Assembly: GCA_964342695.1 (NCBI GenBank)
Contig: CAYFFV010000012.1
Coordinates: forward strand, 2,547 to 66,546
DNA: 64,000 nucleotides
Direction: 5' to 3'
Source of the DNA: an uncultured Vicinamibacteraceae bacterium
GTDB lineage: Bacteria > Acidobacteriota > Vicinamibacteria > Vicinamibacterales > UBA8438
The notes below the pieces were generated by a model that searched no databases, had not been told where the DNA came from, and saw only the letters and a program-made list of their open reading frames with translations. Below are positions 53,448 to 63,255 of the stretch, one piece after another. The first letter of the stretch is position 1, and each line of letters starts with the position of its first letter. The translations under genes were made by a program, and so were the position numbers.

Positions 53448-55502
53448 CTATTGCGGTTCTCCAATCGTCTGACCTTGTTCTTCCTTGGGTCGGATTTTGA
53501 CTGCCCATAAACCAGAATTCCAGTCAGTAAAGAAAACGTGTCCCTTAAAAGGTTGCGCTCCCCAAACAAATGGAGCATTTGCTATATATCCGTCAGGGTC
53601 GTACGGTATAAACCTTGCAATTTCTCGACCTTGTTTATAAAGATCCCCTAACAATTCTCCTGAAACGTCGACGACTCTTAATCCTCCATTGTAGTAGCCA
53701 ACATAAAGAGTTTCATCTTCGACCCACAAATTGTGTGAACCCGCCTCTGGAACTTGATAACGTGCAACTTCTCGGGGATTATCCCAGTCACTCCACTCAA
53801 TCACATGAATCCAGCCTGCAGCCATTGTCGGAATCGTACCCTTACGATTGTTCAAACTTCCATACGGAAAAGCTTCGTCGCCAGCAAATAAATAAAATTT
53901 TCCAGTAGACGCACTTCTATAGGGAAAAGCAGCGTGATTCCAACCATTAGGATACGAATATCGTCCTAATTCAACTGGACGCTCTGGTGTCCCACCCTTC
54001 CCTCCTCCTCCCACGTCAACAGCCACCACGCCATCCGCCCAATTCGAGGAAAATGCGATACCGTCACTAACCCATACATCGTGGATACTGTGACCGGGTG
54101 TATCTAATTCGAAACGTCCCACTCGGATTGGGTTGGTCGGGTCCTCAATACTAATAACGTCATAACGACGACTATCACTCAGCGCATAGACATGATCATC
54201 AGAAATAAAAACGTTGTGAACACCACCCGTCAGCTGATCCGTAAACTCTGACAAAATTGGCACACCCTCGGAAGGATTTCCTACCCCAAGAACGACAATA
54301 CCGTTTTTTCGATCAGACGCTCCCTCCCGACTAATAACGGCAATCTCTCCATCTTCAGATACCTTTACGTCATTTACTGTGCGAGCGTCAACGTGAACCA
54401 TTTGAATCTGTTCGATATCAGATGGATCACTCACATCCCAAATGTAAAGATCGCCGTTTGCGCCCCATGTGCCAGTAATCGCATAATCGCGACCATCAGT
54501 TCCTTCCCAAATCCATAAATCTGAACTGTGTGCTTCGCGCACCCTTCCACGTCCAATGACTTCAATATCCTGCCTAACATCACGGCTATTCACTCGAAGT
54601 TTTTGAATTGCCACATGATCACCTGCAGTCGCAACAACAGTAAATACTCCAGATCGTTCCGCGACGAACCGTCCCTCCGGAGTAATCAGGGCCGCAGCAC
54701 CCGCAGCAATAATTTCAGAATGGGTTTTACCCGATACAGTAAACCGAACGGGGACATCATATATTCTCCTGCCTTGGCGATCTCGCGCAAGTGCAGTAAA
54801 CGTGACAACATCTCCGGTTCTAACTTCATAGTCTGTCGCTTCAAGTGTGAGTGAATCAATTGGGTTTTCTTCAACCGTAATAGTGACAGTATTAGTAAGA
54901 GATTCTGTACTCGCTGACAGTCTAACTGTCCCAGGACGAAACAAATTTATTGTCCCATAGCTGTCAATTGAAGCTATGTCATCATTGCTGCTATTAAAAA
55001 ATACTTCTACGTCCTGTCGTTCAATCCCAGTTTCATCAACAAGAGAAATCTGAAGTTCTGGATTAGTCCCAACGTAAAACTTGGTAGGCAACATACTGAA
55101 CCGAATACGCTCAATTGGTGGAAGCGGAACCGTAACAGAAACTTCTACTCGCGCAATAGAATTTGGTCTACGGCTGGTGTCCTCTGGATTAGCCGGAACA
55201 AGGACTACCAAGGTAAATTCACCAGGTCGGTATGCTTCAACCATTCCTGTCCTAGTCACAGAAACGCTACGTCGAGCAAGAGAGTAGAAGACAAGCTTTG
55301 CATCAGAATCAACTGTGCCATTTTGGCCCGTAACGACGGCTTCAAGCTGAAACGTCTCACCGACTTCAAGCGTTAATTCCCCAGGTTCTACGCTCAGGCT
55401 TATCCCGTTCTGCGCACTGCTCATGCGAGTTTGTGAATACATCAATATTCCTACGACAAGCAGGCTACAAATGCACGGAATCTTGCGTCTAAGAAAGTTC
55501 AC
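53448..55502 (-). CDS. Secreted protein: N-terminal bacterial Ig-like (Big_2-type) domains + LVIVD-repeat beta-propeller
   Basis: 684 aa with a signal peptide. Ig-like LSVEPGELTLEVGETFQLEAVV repeats. LVIVD-type repeats (LYIWDVSDPSD, YDVISIEDPTNP, GVVAVDVGG, GLRVVDVSG). GTG start. Confidence 0.6.
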   Translation of the reverse strand: MNFLRRKIPCICSLLVVGILMYSQTRMSSAQNGISLSVEPGELTLEVGETFQLEAVVTGQNGTVDSDAKLVFYSLARRSVSVTRTGMVEAYRPGEFTLVVLVPANPEDTSRRPNSIARVEVSVTVPLPPIERIRFSMLPTKFYVGTNPELQISLVDETGIERQDVEVFFNSSNDDIASIDSYGTINLFRPGTVRLSASTESLTNTVTITVEENPIDSLTLEATDYEVRTGDVVTFTALARDRQGRRIYDVPVRFTVSGKTHSEIIAAGAAALITPEGRFVAERSGVFTVVATAGDHVAIQKLRVNSRDVRQDIEVIGRGRVREAHSSDLWIWEGTDGRDYAITGTWGANGDLYIWDVSDPSDIEQIQMVHVDARTVNDVKVSEDGEIAVISREGASDRKNGIVVLGVGNPSEGVPILSEFTDQLTGGVHNVFISDDHVYALSDSRRYDVISIEDPTNPIRVGRFELDTPGHSIHDVWVSDGIAFSSNWADGVVAVDVGGGGKGGTPERPVELGRYSYPNGWNHAAFPYRSASTGKFYLFAGDEAFPYGSLNNRKGTIPTMAAGWIHVIEWSDWDNPREVARYQVPEAGSHNLWVEDETLYVGYYNGGLRVVDVSGELLGDLYKQGREIARFIPYDPDGYIANAPFVWGAQPFKGHVFFTDWNSGLWAVKIRPKEEQGQTIGEPQ

Positions 55503-55658
55503 GGATAGGCACCCAGTTTATTATCGGTTCAAAATACTAAAAAATTTTTCTCGCACACTAATTTATAATTTAAAAATAAATCTCAAAGGGCGAAAGTCAA
55601 TTTTCCTCTAAGTTATTGGAAAATATGATTATACGTTGATTATTTCACTTATTTTCGC

Positions 55659-55687
55659 TTGACACAGCATTGGCTCGCTTCTAATAT
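55659..55687 (+). promoter_or_regulatory. Near-consensus sigma70 promoter upstream of recA
   Basis: TTGACA (55659..55664), a 17-nt spacer, then TAATAT (55682..55687). It is preceded by an AT-rich UP-like tract and lies about 96 nt upstream of the recA ATG. Confidence 0.55.
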
Positions 55688-55783
55688 TCTAATCTACATA
55701 TGTTGCAAAATCGCGCAAGTAAGAGAAATAACAAAACTAACAACCCATCCAAGAAACTAAGCTCCAAACATTCGGACTTTTCT

Positions 55784-56815
55784 ATGCCCACAGAATCTGA
55801 CCGCACCAAAGCCGTTGACATTGCCGTCGGCCAAATCGAGAAACAATTCGGTAAAGGCTCTATTATGAGACTTGGCCAAAAGGGTGGGGTTTCATCCGTT
55901 CCAAAAATTTCCACAGGCTGCATCAGTATTGACTATGCATTGGGTATTGGCGGTGTACCGCGTGGACGCGTTGTAGAGATTTATGGGCCGGAAGCCTCCG
56001 GTAAAACAACCTTGGCTCTGCAGGTAGCAGCCCAAGCCCAAGCAAACGGCGGAAATGCAGCATTCGTTGATGCCGAACACGCGCTCGACCCAGCATACGC
56101 AACAAAACTCGGCGTAGACCTTGAAAATCTTCTTGTCTCCCAACCAGATCATGGCGAACAAGCGCTTGAGATCGTTGAGGTTCTCGTTCGGTCTGGCGGA
56201 ATTGACGTTGTAGTAGTCGACTCGGTAGCAGCATTAGTGCCTCGATCTGAAATCGAGGGTGAGATGGGTGATGCCCAAGTCGGTTTACAGGCCCGGCTAA
56301 TGTCTCAAGCCCTCAGGAAACTTACTGGTATTGTAGCCAAATCCAGCACTTGTCTTATTTTTATTAATCAATTGCGTGAAAAAATTGGAGTGATGTTTGG
56401 AAATCCTGAAACTACCACAGGTGGGCGCGCATTAAAATTTTATTCATCTATTCGTATTGATATCAGACGCATCGGTGCCATTAAAGATACAGACCGTGTC
56501 GTTGGTGGGCGCACACGAGTGAAAGTTGTCAAAAACAAACTGGCCCCCCCATTTCGCGAGGCTGAATTCGATGTCATGTACGGCGAAGGAATCTCAAAAG
56601 AAGGCGACTTACTCGACCTCGCGGTTGAGAAAAACATTATTGAGAAAAGTGGAACATGGTTTTCATATGGAAACGACCGTCTCGGACAAGGTCGTGAAAA
56701 TGTGAAGCGCTTGCTTAAAGATAAACCAGACCTTTTTGCCAGCATTGAAAACCAAGTAAGGGTTGAACTTGGACTTAGCTCTGCGAAAAAAGATACGGAA
56801 GAGACACAGTCTTAA
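55784..56815 (+). CDS. recA: Recombinase RecA
   Basis: ATG 55784 gives [31 protein letters not shown]. Walker [13 protein letters not shown] and the canonical RecA core through ..[20 protein letters not shown]. The ORF-track start 55700 adds a non-conserved Lys/Asn-rich leader. Confidence 0.97.
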   Translation: MPTESDRTKAVDIAVGQIEKQFGKGSIMRLGQKGGVSSVPKISTGCISIDYALGIGGVPRGRVVEIYGPEASGKTTLALQVAAQAQANGGNAAFVDAEHALDPAYATKLGVDLENLLVSQPDHGEQALEIVEVLVRSGGIDVVVVDSVAALVPRSEIEGEMGDAQVGLQARLMSQALRKLTGIVAKSSTCLIFINQLREKIGVMFGNPETTTGGRALKFYSSIRIDIRRIGAIKDTDRVVGGRTRVKVVKNKLAPPFREAEFDVMYGEGISKEGDLLDLAVEKNIIEKSGTWFSYGNDRLGQGRENVKRLLKDKPDLFASIENQVRVELGLSSAKKDTEETQS

Positions 56816-56902
56816 AAACTCATCAGCCCAACCAGAAATTCAACTATAAAAAAAACCAGCATGAGCCGAATTTTGCAGAACAGAACATATTAAAAATCTC
56901 AA

Positions 56903-57229
56903 TCAATATTTAGACGTATTTTTAATAATAAACAGTTTTTCACCGGGTTGAATCAATCCCAACTCTTCTCTTGCTAGTTTTTCAATTGTGTTTTTCTCTT
57001 CGCGTAACTGCCGCATATCCTCTCGCAGCCATTCGTTCTCTTCCCGCAACTGAACAATAATTTTTTCGAGTGCCTCTGATTTGTCTGTCGCCCGAACCAT
57101 CGCGACCAAGCCTCGCTCTCCAACAAGTGCATTACCAACCAATACCACTGCGACAAGCATAACGAGAAATCTTACTGGCTGTTGCCTAGAAGCTGCCAGG
57201 GGCAAGGATCTAGAAAGTTTTGATTTCAT
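56903..57229 (-). CDS. ftsB: Septum formation initiator FtsB/DivIC family protein
   Basis: 108 aa. A single TM, then coiled coil LEKIIVQLREENEWLREDMRQLREE and ARE-ELGLIQPGEKLF, typical of FtsB. Confidence 0.7.
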   Translation of the reverse strand: MKSKLSRSLPLAASRQQPVRFLVMLVAVVLVGNALVGERGLVAMVRATDKSEALEKIIVQLREENEWLREDMRQLREEKNTIEKLAREELGLIQPGEKLFIIKNTSKY

Positions 57230-57278
57230 AATGACGCTATAAGGTTAACCAATATTAAGAAGAGAAGAAAACAAAATT

Positions 57279-58859
57279 TTACGAAAGAACTGCTTTCAAA
57301 TCAGTCGAACTTTCCAAGACGACCCAACAAGTAAAGTGAGACAGAAGATTGACCTGTACAGGCGTTAAACGTATAAGAGCACCAGGGTTCTGTCCTCGCG
57401 TTTTGTAATGCGGAAAGTATTGCACAGGCCCTGATGGAACTGCCTGTCGGCCCGCTCCAACTATAGCTCGAACGTCTGACGACAATTCATTAACCCACGC
57501 TGAAACACTATCGTTATAAACCCAGCAAACTTGAGCAGTCCAGCCTCCACTGACACCCCACCACTGATTGTGAACCACCCGATGTCGGCGCCGCGAGACT
57601 AACGGACACCCTGCTCTCTTTGCATCTTGAAAATCGTGAATCAGTGGTTCAAAGTCTTCTTGAAGAAACACATGGTTTTGTGAAAACCTTGAGTCACCCA
57701 AACCGAATAACGGTGCTAAAAATGGATCGACGTGACGTTGTTTGTCATTATCTTCTTCGAACCAAATCTCAGAAAATTTGTCTAGCGACAGGGGCCACAT
57801 AGTATTGATAAACACAACAATGGATACTATTTTTCGCCTAAGAACTGGAATTACACCATAGTTTTCGATATCTCCGCCATCACTGAGTCTTACTGTTGAA
57901 GCAACCTCATTTGACTCGCCACTAACTGGCCAATAGGTCAAACTCGGATAATGACTCGAATCTCGTTCTTTCGCACTGAATGCACTACTTGCACCTGTTA
58001 CATCAGCTAAAGTTAAAACACGTTCAGGACAAGAAACCTTGACAACACCGCGTTCTCCTGGCCTCATAGATGGCGCAGCGGAGCCAATTCCAAAATTTTC
58101 TACAAATCCACCACCTACTCGACTTGGGACACTTTTCTGATTAGAAAACGTCAGCATCTCTGGACTTCCAGAGGCCAAGGGTGAGAACTCAAAACCTACT
58201 CGATGCACAGAACCATTTTCAGTGTCTGATGACTCCTCCATATTCAAGGTGGCATGTACAAGTAAATACGGACGCGTACGATCTTGAGAAACACAATGAA
58301 TCAATCGTTTCTCTAACCAAGGATTTCTTTGATAAAAGTCGTGCTCGCTCAGACGGTTCCAAGTAAAACCAACCCGGAGATGTTCGTCGAACAATCCGTA
58401 GGGCTTGAGAAAAGTTTTACCCACAGCATGTGTCCAGACTTCATTCTCAGGAATACGTGAATCAATATGTGCGGCCTGTAAGACGCGGAAAAAATCTTGA
58501 GTTGGTGGAAGAGCGAAAGTGCCAACTTGCCTGCCTGACAAGTACTCAAGGGTCAGCAACCGAGGTTTCAACTGATTCCCTAATAAGTCTTGATCCTCTA
58601 AACCGTTATTTTTTTGGTAATAGGTATAGGGAACTGTTAGCCAAGCTGAGCCTGAAACCGAAGAAATATAATCAACCTTGGAAATTAGGCCCAGTTCCGT
58701 CAATCCACGCAATTGTCCTAATGCAGCAACATAGGCACGAGTGCTCCCACCAGAAAAACAAATAGCCGTTCGAGGCTTGGTTTCAAAGTACTCTAATTCT
58801 GGGTAGCCACAGGTCTTGTCCCCCGTCTGCCAGGTTCTAAGACAGATATCAGGAACCAT
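57279..58859 (-). CDS. cPLA2-like / patatin-superfamily Ser-Asp lipase (lysophospholipase catalytic-domain-like)
   Basis: 526 aa, no signal peptide. AICFSGGSTRAYVAALGQLRGL..YISSVSGSAWL parallels the cPLA2 GGGFRA oxyanion loop and G-x-S-G-S nucleophile elbow. LSDGGDIENYGVIPVLRR parallels the catalytic Asp (D-x-G) block. Confidence 0.6.
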   Translation of the reverse strand: MVPDICLRTWQTGDKTCGYPELEYFETKPRTAICFSGGSTRAYVAALGQLRGLTELGLISKVDYISSVSGSAWLTVPYTYYQKNNGLEDQDLLGNQLKPRLLTLEYLSGRQVGTFALPPTQDFFRVLQAAHIDSRIPENEVWTHAVGKTFLKPYGLFDEHLRVGFTWNRLSEHDFYQRNPWLEKRLIHCVSQDRTRPYLLVHATLNMEESSDTENGSVHRVGFEFSPLASGSPEMLTFSNQKSVPSRVGGGFVENFGIGSAAPSMRPGERGVVKVSCPERVLTLADVTGASSAFSAKERDSSHYPSLTYWPVSGESNEVASTVRLSDGGDIENYGVIPVLRRKIVSIVVFINTMWPLSLDKFSEIWFEEDNDKQRHVDPFLAPLFGLGDSRFSQNHVFLQEDFEPLIHDFQDAKRAGCPLVSRRRHRVVHNQWWGVSGGWTAQVCWVYNDSVSAWVNELSSDVRAIVGAGRQAVPSGPVQYFPHYKTRGQNPGALIRLTPVQVNLLSHFTCWVVLESSTDLKAVLS

Positions 58860-58868
58860 ACGAGTAAT

Positions 58869-60353
58869 TTACTCCGGGTAAATCATTGTAAACGGATCTG
58901 GCAGTGGAATTTGTGAAAGAGAAGTCCCCGCGATTCCATCAAGAGAATATTGAGGGTAGTCTGGGTCTCCTTCGGTAATCGTGTCTAAATCTCCCACAAT
59001 AAGAATTGCCAGATCCTCAGGACGAAGATATCGCTTCGCGACACGGAGCACATCTTCCGGTGTAACAGCACTTATTTTCGCCCTATAGTTCATGAGATAC
59101 TCCGGATCTCTTCCGGTATATGCGTCTGTAGCAAACAGATTGGCAGTCGATACGGCGCTGGAAAAATTACGCGTGAAAGTTTCGACAAATGACGCCACAG
59201 AATTTGAAAGCTCTTCTTCAGAAACTAACTCTGATCTTATCTTTTCTATCTCTTCCAGGACGATGGATGCGGCGCGAGCTACCGTTTGACTTCTTGACTG
59301 AAATGCAACTCTGAAGATCCCATCATAATATGTTCCCATCCCGTATCTTGACCCTACACTGTAGGCCAACCCCTCATCCGATCTGATACGAGTCATTAAA
59401 CGCGAGCTAAATCCTCCACCTCCAAGGATGTCATTCATAATGATCAAAGGATAGCGATCAGGATTGTCACGCGTCGTTCCTAAATGACCAATTGACACAC
59501 GCCCCTGATTAACCTCAGCTTTGTCCACACCAAAAAGACCTCTTCGAATTTCAGAGGACGGTTTCGGCACATCTGCCACAGAACTCTTAGACGTTCTCCA
59601 CCCTGACAACTCTTTGTTCAACATCTCGACTATCTGATCTGTATCAACATCCCCTGCTATGGCAAAAACAAAGTTTCCGGGATAAAAGTACCGTTGGTGA
59701 AAACCAATCAAATCATCGCGTTCAATTGATTCAATTGAACCTCTAGTGGTGAGCAGAGTAGAAAAATGCTCGTCGCCTCTCATCAAACGGTTCCATTCAC
59801 GACTTTCTATACTGCGTGTGCTGTCGTTCCGACGCTCCATGGATTGGATCATCTGACTTTTAGCCAAATCAAGTCTTGATTCTTCGAAACGAGGTCTAGC
59901 GAGCATATCAAAGAACAGTGAAAGAGCAACATCGAGATCTTTCGTGAGACAGTTGACCGACGCCTGCCCTGATGTTCCCCCTATAGAGCTACTAATTTGA
60001 GCAGCGAGAAACGCTACTTCTTCATCAAAGTCCGCCGCAGATAATTCTAGGGTGCCACCCGCTCGCATCTGTGCTCCTGTCAAAGATGCCAATCCACGCT
60101 GTTCAACAGGATCAAGATACGAGCCAGTCCTTACAAAAACAGACACATTAACCAAAGGCAACGCGTGATCTTCGACTATAAACGCTAAGTCACCGCTGTC
60201 GAGTGTATGGCGATGATCATCTGCTATCGGTGGATCAAATTCTAACGAATCAAATCGCAGCTCTCGCGGATGCTCAGGAATTGATCTACTCTGGCCGTAA
60301 AGACTTCCCGAGAAAATTAATACCATAACAACACTTGCGGTAAATCTCTTCAT
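58869..60353 (-). CDS. M16-family peptidase, non-catalytic (no HxxEH) subunit
   Basis: 494 aa with a signal peptide. Insulinase-like fold signatures but no zinc-binding HxxEH. ATGA overlap with the upstream M16 gene. Confidence 0.8.
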   Translation of the reverse strand: MKRFTASVVMVLIFSGSLYGQSRSIPEHPRELRFDSLEFDPPIADDHRHTLDSGDLAFIVEDHALPLVNVSVFVRTGSYLDPVEQRGLASLTGAQMRAGGTLELSAADFDEEVAFLAAQISSSIGGTSGQASVNCLTKDLDVALSLFFDMLARPRFEESRLDLAKSQMIQSMERRNDSTRSIESREWNRLMRGDEHFSTLLTTRGSIESIERDDLIGFHQRYFYPGNFVFAIAGDVDTDQIVEMLNKELSGWRTSKSSVADVPKPSSEIRRGLFGVDKAEVNQGRVSIGHLGTTRDNPDRYPLIIMNDILGGGGFSSRLMTRIRSDEGLAYSVGSRYGMGTYYDGIFRVAFQSRSQTVARAASIVLEEIEKIRSELVSEEELSNSVASFVETFTRNFSSAVSTANLFATDAYTGRDPEYLMNYRAKISAVTPEDVLRVAKRYLRPEDLAILIVGDLDTITEGDPDYPQYSLDGIAGTSLSQIPLPDPFTMIYPE

Positions 60354-61891
60354 TGAACACCTTCCGCATTAGAATTCTGTGAATCATCACGGTAATACAC
60401 AGCAACAGCTCTGTTTTCTGGGATAAAATACTTTTCAGAAACTCGCATAATATCCTGAGCCGTCACAGAATCATATAGTTTTGGATCGCTATTAATCGTC
60501 TCCCAACCGCGATAAGTCTCACGAATTAAAAGTTGCATCATTAACTGATAATTTCCATTAAGATCACGGAAATTACTTGCTGCATTTTGATTCTTGACCT
60601 TTTGAAGTTCACGATCACCAACAGGTTCGGTCTTTAATCGTTCTAACTCCACGTAAAGCGCTTCTTCAACGTCTTCTGGCGTGTGCCCATCTTTCGCAAC
60701 CCCACTTAATTCAAACATGCCCTCATATTTAAATCCTGCTTGTCCTCCTGACGCACTGGTAGCCACCTGCTGATCCTCAACAAGAGATTTATATAGCCTT
60801 CCCGTTCGACCATTCAAGATTTGACCCAAAACAACCAGAGAAGGCTCGTCGACGTGCCCATCAGGCACTGTGTGATAACGAACAGAAACCTGCGGATTTG
60901 TTTCCGCGTACGCCACCATTCTTTTCTCGGCTAGTTGGGGCATTTCACGGGTCCGTGGGGCAACTACGGACGATTTTCCTTCAGACAAACGCCCAAAGTA
61001 TCTTTCCGCAAACTGTATAGCTTGATCGACATCAAAATCACCCACTAAAGCTGCTGCCAGATTGTTTGGAGCGTAATAAACATCAAAGAAACCCATCGCC
61101 TCTTCACGCGTAATACCCTGGAGATCAGATGGCCATCCTACAACCGGCCAACTATATGGTGAAGACTGCCAAAACATTGAGTCAAACTGCTCTTGAAATT
61201 TACCGGTCGGTGTACTGTCAGTACGTAACCTTCTCTCTTCGTGAACAACGTCACGTTCACTGTAGAACTCACGAAAAACTGGGTTGACCAGCCTATCAGA
61301 TTCCATCCAGAACCATAGTTCCAGTTTATTGGCGGGCAGGTTAATAAAATAAATTGTAAAGTCGTAACTGGTTCCAGCGTTCATTCCGGATCCGCCCTGC
61401 CCAGTATAGGTTCGACTAAAATCCTCTTTGATAATTAATTCTTCCTGACGAGTCAGTAAACCTTCAAATTCTTCGATCAGAACTTTGTGACGTTGGGAAC
61501 GGAGTTCTGGTGTGTTTGGATCATCGATCTCTCCCAATCGCGATCTTCCAAGAAGATTTTCTTCTTCGATCCGTATTTCAGCTTTCAATTCATCAAGTTG
61601 ACGAATAATCGACAAATCTTCATCAATATCTCTAGTACCAATAACATGAGTACCCTTAAACATCATATGTTCAAATAAATGTGCAACTCCTGTCATGCCC
61701 GGCCTCTCATTGACGGACCCAACCTTTGCAATCCAGCCAGCCGCCACATTGGGATCGCCAGGCCGGGGCACAAGCAGCAAAGTCATCCCATTCTCAAGCT
61801 CATGCTCAATCACGGAAACTTCTTGCCCCTGGAGGGGGACTGAAATAAACAGAAAAATCACAAAGATACTTCGAAGTATTATTTTCGTCAT
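60350..61891 (-). CDS. M16-family zinc peptidase, catalytic subunit
   Basis: 513 aa with a signal peptide. Inverted zinc motif HLFEHMMFKGT (HxxEH). Confidence 0.85.
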   Translation of the reverse strand: MTKIILRSIFVIFLFISVPLQGQEVSVIEHELENGMTLLLVPRPGDPNVAAGWIAKVGSVNERPGMTGVAHLFEHMMFKGTHVIGTRDIDEDLSIIRQLDELKAEIRIEEENLLGRSRLGEIDDPNTPELRSQRHKVLIEEFEGLLTRQEELIIKEDFSRTYTGQGGSGMNAGTSYDFTIYFINLPANKLELWFWMESDRLVNPVFREFYSERDVVHEERRLRTDSTPTGKFQEQFDSMFWQSSPYSWPVVGWPSDLQGITREEAMGFFDVYYAPNNLAAALVGDFDVDQAIQFAERYFGRLSEGKSSVVAPRTREMPQLAEKRMVAYAETNPQVSVRYHTVPDGHVDEPSLVVLGQILNGRTGRLYKSLVEDQQVATSASGGQAGFKYEGMFELSGVAKDGHTPEDVEEALYVELERLKTEPVGDRELQKVKNQNAASNFRDLNGNYQLMMQLLIRETYRGWETINSDPKLYDSVTAQDIMRVSEKYFIPENRAVAVYYRDDSQNSNAEGVQ

Positions 61892-61966
61892 AACGTCATC
61901 TCGATATTAGAAATGATGAATACTTTTGTTGAGATTGCTATTGAGTCAATCCAACGTCAAGTCTAA

Positions 61967-62803
61967 TCATTCGTCAGAAACCTGAGTCGCCACCCACTCG
62001 TTGACGTCTCCTCCTAGCTCTACCATACCGCGAATTCTGCTCCCATTAATGCGGCCAGTATAGTGAGCCTCCCCCACACGAAAACCAATCTGATCCCCTC
62101 TCAATAAACCTTCAGAAATTGGAACCGACTCACCATTTGCTTCAAGAACACCAGTGATAGTTTGAAACTGCTGTTTTAGCGTCAGTGCATCACCATTAAC
62201 ATCCCACTCGCCTTCGACTTGTGCAGGAACGATCCATAAGTGTGCCATACAGAAACCGGGACACGGATCAAGAACAACCGTGTCATCAGCCTTCCACTCT
62301 TCAAGATCCCACGTATTTGATACAACACGAGTCCCCGCGCGCAGGCGAAGCAATTTAGGGCGTAATTTAACATTAAGATCCGGCAACAAAAACATTGTGA
62401 CAACCGTTGCGTGCGACAAATCAATCTCAAAGAGATCTGCAACAATAAACTCTGTCTCAGCTGCTACACCTGCAGCATTAGCATACGCACGTGACAATTC
62501 AACCAAGTCAGAATCGTATTCAATTCCGACCGCCTTCGCACCACGTTGGGCTGCTGCAATCACAGTACGTCCATCTCCCGAACCAAGATCTATAACCACG
62601 TCATTTGCATTGACTTTCGCCAAATCGAGCATCGCCTCTACCAAGGACTGTGGCGAAGGAACCCACATGACATCTTTACCGGGACGCCCGACATCGAGTT
62701 TATCTTGTGAAACAACAATATCTTGGCCGTACGTTGCGGCGACCAACAAAACACAAATCCAGACCACAACTCGTCGGGGTGTAAAAAAAATAGTCACCGG
62801 CAT
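61967..62803 (-). CDS. Class I methyltransferase-fold protein with N-terminal signal/anchor and C-terminal beta domain
   Basis: 278 aa. Hydrophobic N-terminus RRVVVWICVLLVAATYGQ. Motif I VIDLGSGDGRTV, then GIEYD and ADLFE. Confidence 0.7.
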   Translation of the reverse strand: MPVTIFFTPRRVVVWICVLLVAATYGQDIVVSQDKLDVGRPGKDVMWVPSPQSLVEAMLDLAKVNANDVVIDLGSGDGRTVIAAAQRGAKAVGIEYDSDLVELSRAYANAAGVAAETEFIVADLFEIDLSHATVVTMFLLPDLNVKLRPKLLRLRAGTRVVSNTWDLEEWKADDTVVLDPCPGFCMAHLWIVPAQVEGEWDVNGDALTLKQQFQTITGVLEANGESVPISEGLLRGDQIGFRVGEAHYTGRINGSRIRGMVELGGDVNEWVATQVSDE

Positions 62804-62820
62804 CCTGTTCTCCTATTTAG

Positions 62821-63255
62821 CTACCGAATAGGCATCGAGATACCACCATCACGGTACGGCTCATGGCATTTTTCACATACCATGACAATCCGATCTCCTG
62901 CGGCTAATACTTCTTCAGTATTACGAGCTTCCACAGCCTTTACCGCGACAACACCAGCATCGACTAGTTCTTGAGACATTACCATCCACTCATCTGCATC
63001 GCGCGCACGTTCGCCGATCATCAGTAAATTACCTGATTCAGCCAGCATTAATGCATCGTTATGCAGCACGGTCCACTCATAATCAGAAGCAGGGGCCTCC
63101 CTACCTACGTTAAATAATGCATCTGACGATGCTGTTATAACCCCTTGACATAATTGTTTGACTGTCGCTACAGCAGTAATAGTTGGCCCCTGCCCGGTGG
63201 TGCTGACAGACAGGAAAGAAACAGCTAACAGCAAGAAAATCACCTTTGTTCGCAT
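62821..63255 (-). CDS. Class II c-type cytochrome (cytochrome c-prime-like four-helix bundle)
   Basis: 144 aa with a signal peptide. A single CXXCH (CEKCH) about 12 residues from the C-terminus, followed by EPYR: the class II layout. Confidence 0.7.
   Translation of the reverse strand: MRTKVIFLLLAVSFLSVSTTGQGPTITAVATVKQLCQGVITASSDALFNVGREAPASDYEWTVLHNDALMLAESGNLLMIGERARDADEWMVMSQELVDAGVVAVKAVEARNTEEVLAAGDRIVMVCEKCHEPYRDGGISMPIR

Noticed and set aside
62280-62831. 183-aa plus-strand ORF, the longest unexplained ORF in the track
   Set aside because: It is fully antisense to the methyltransferase-fold gene 61967..62803, whose frame carries a clean SAM motif I. The antisense product is Ser/Thr/Arg/Ala-rich low complexity with no motif. 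This is a typical shadow ORF.
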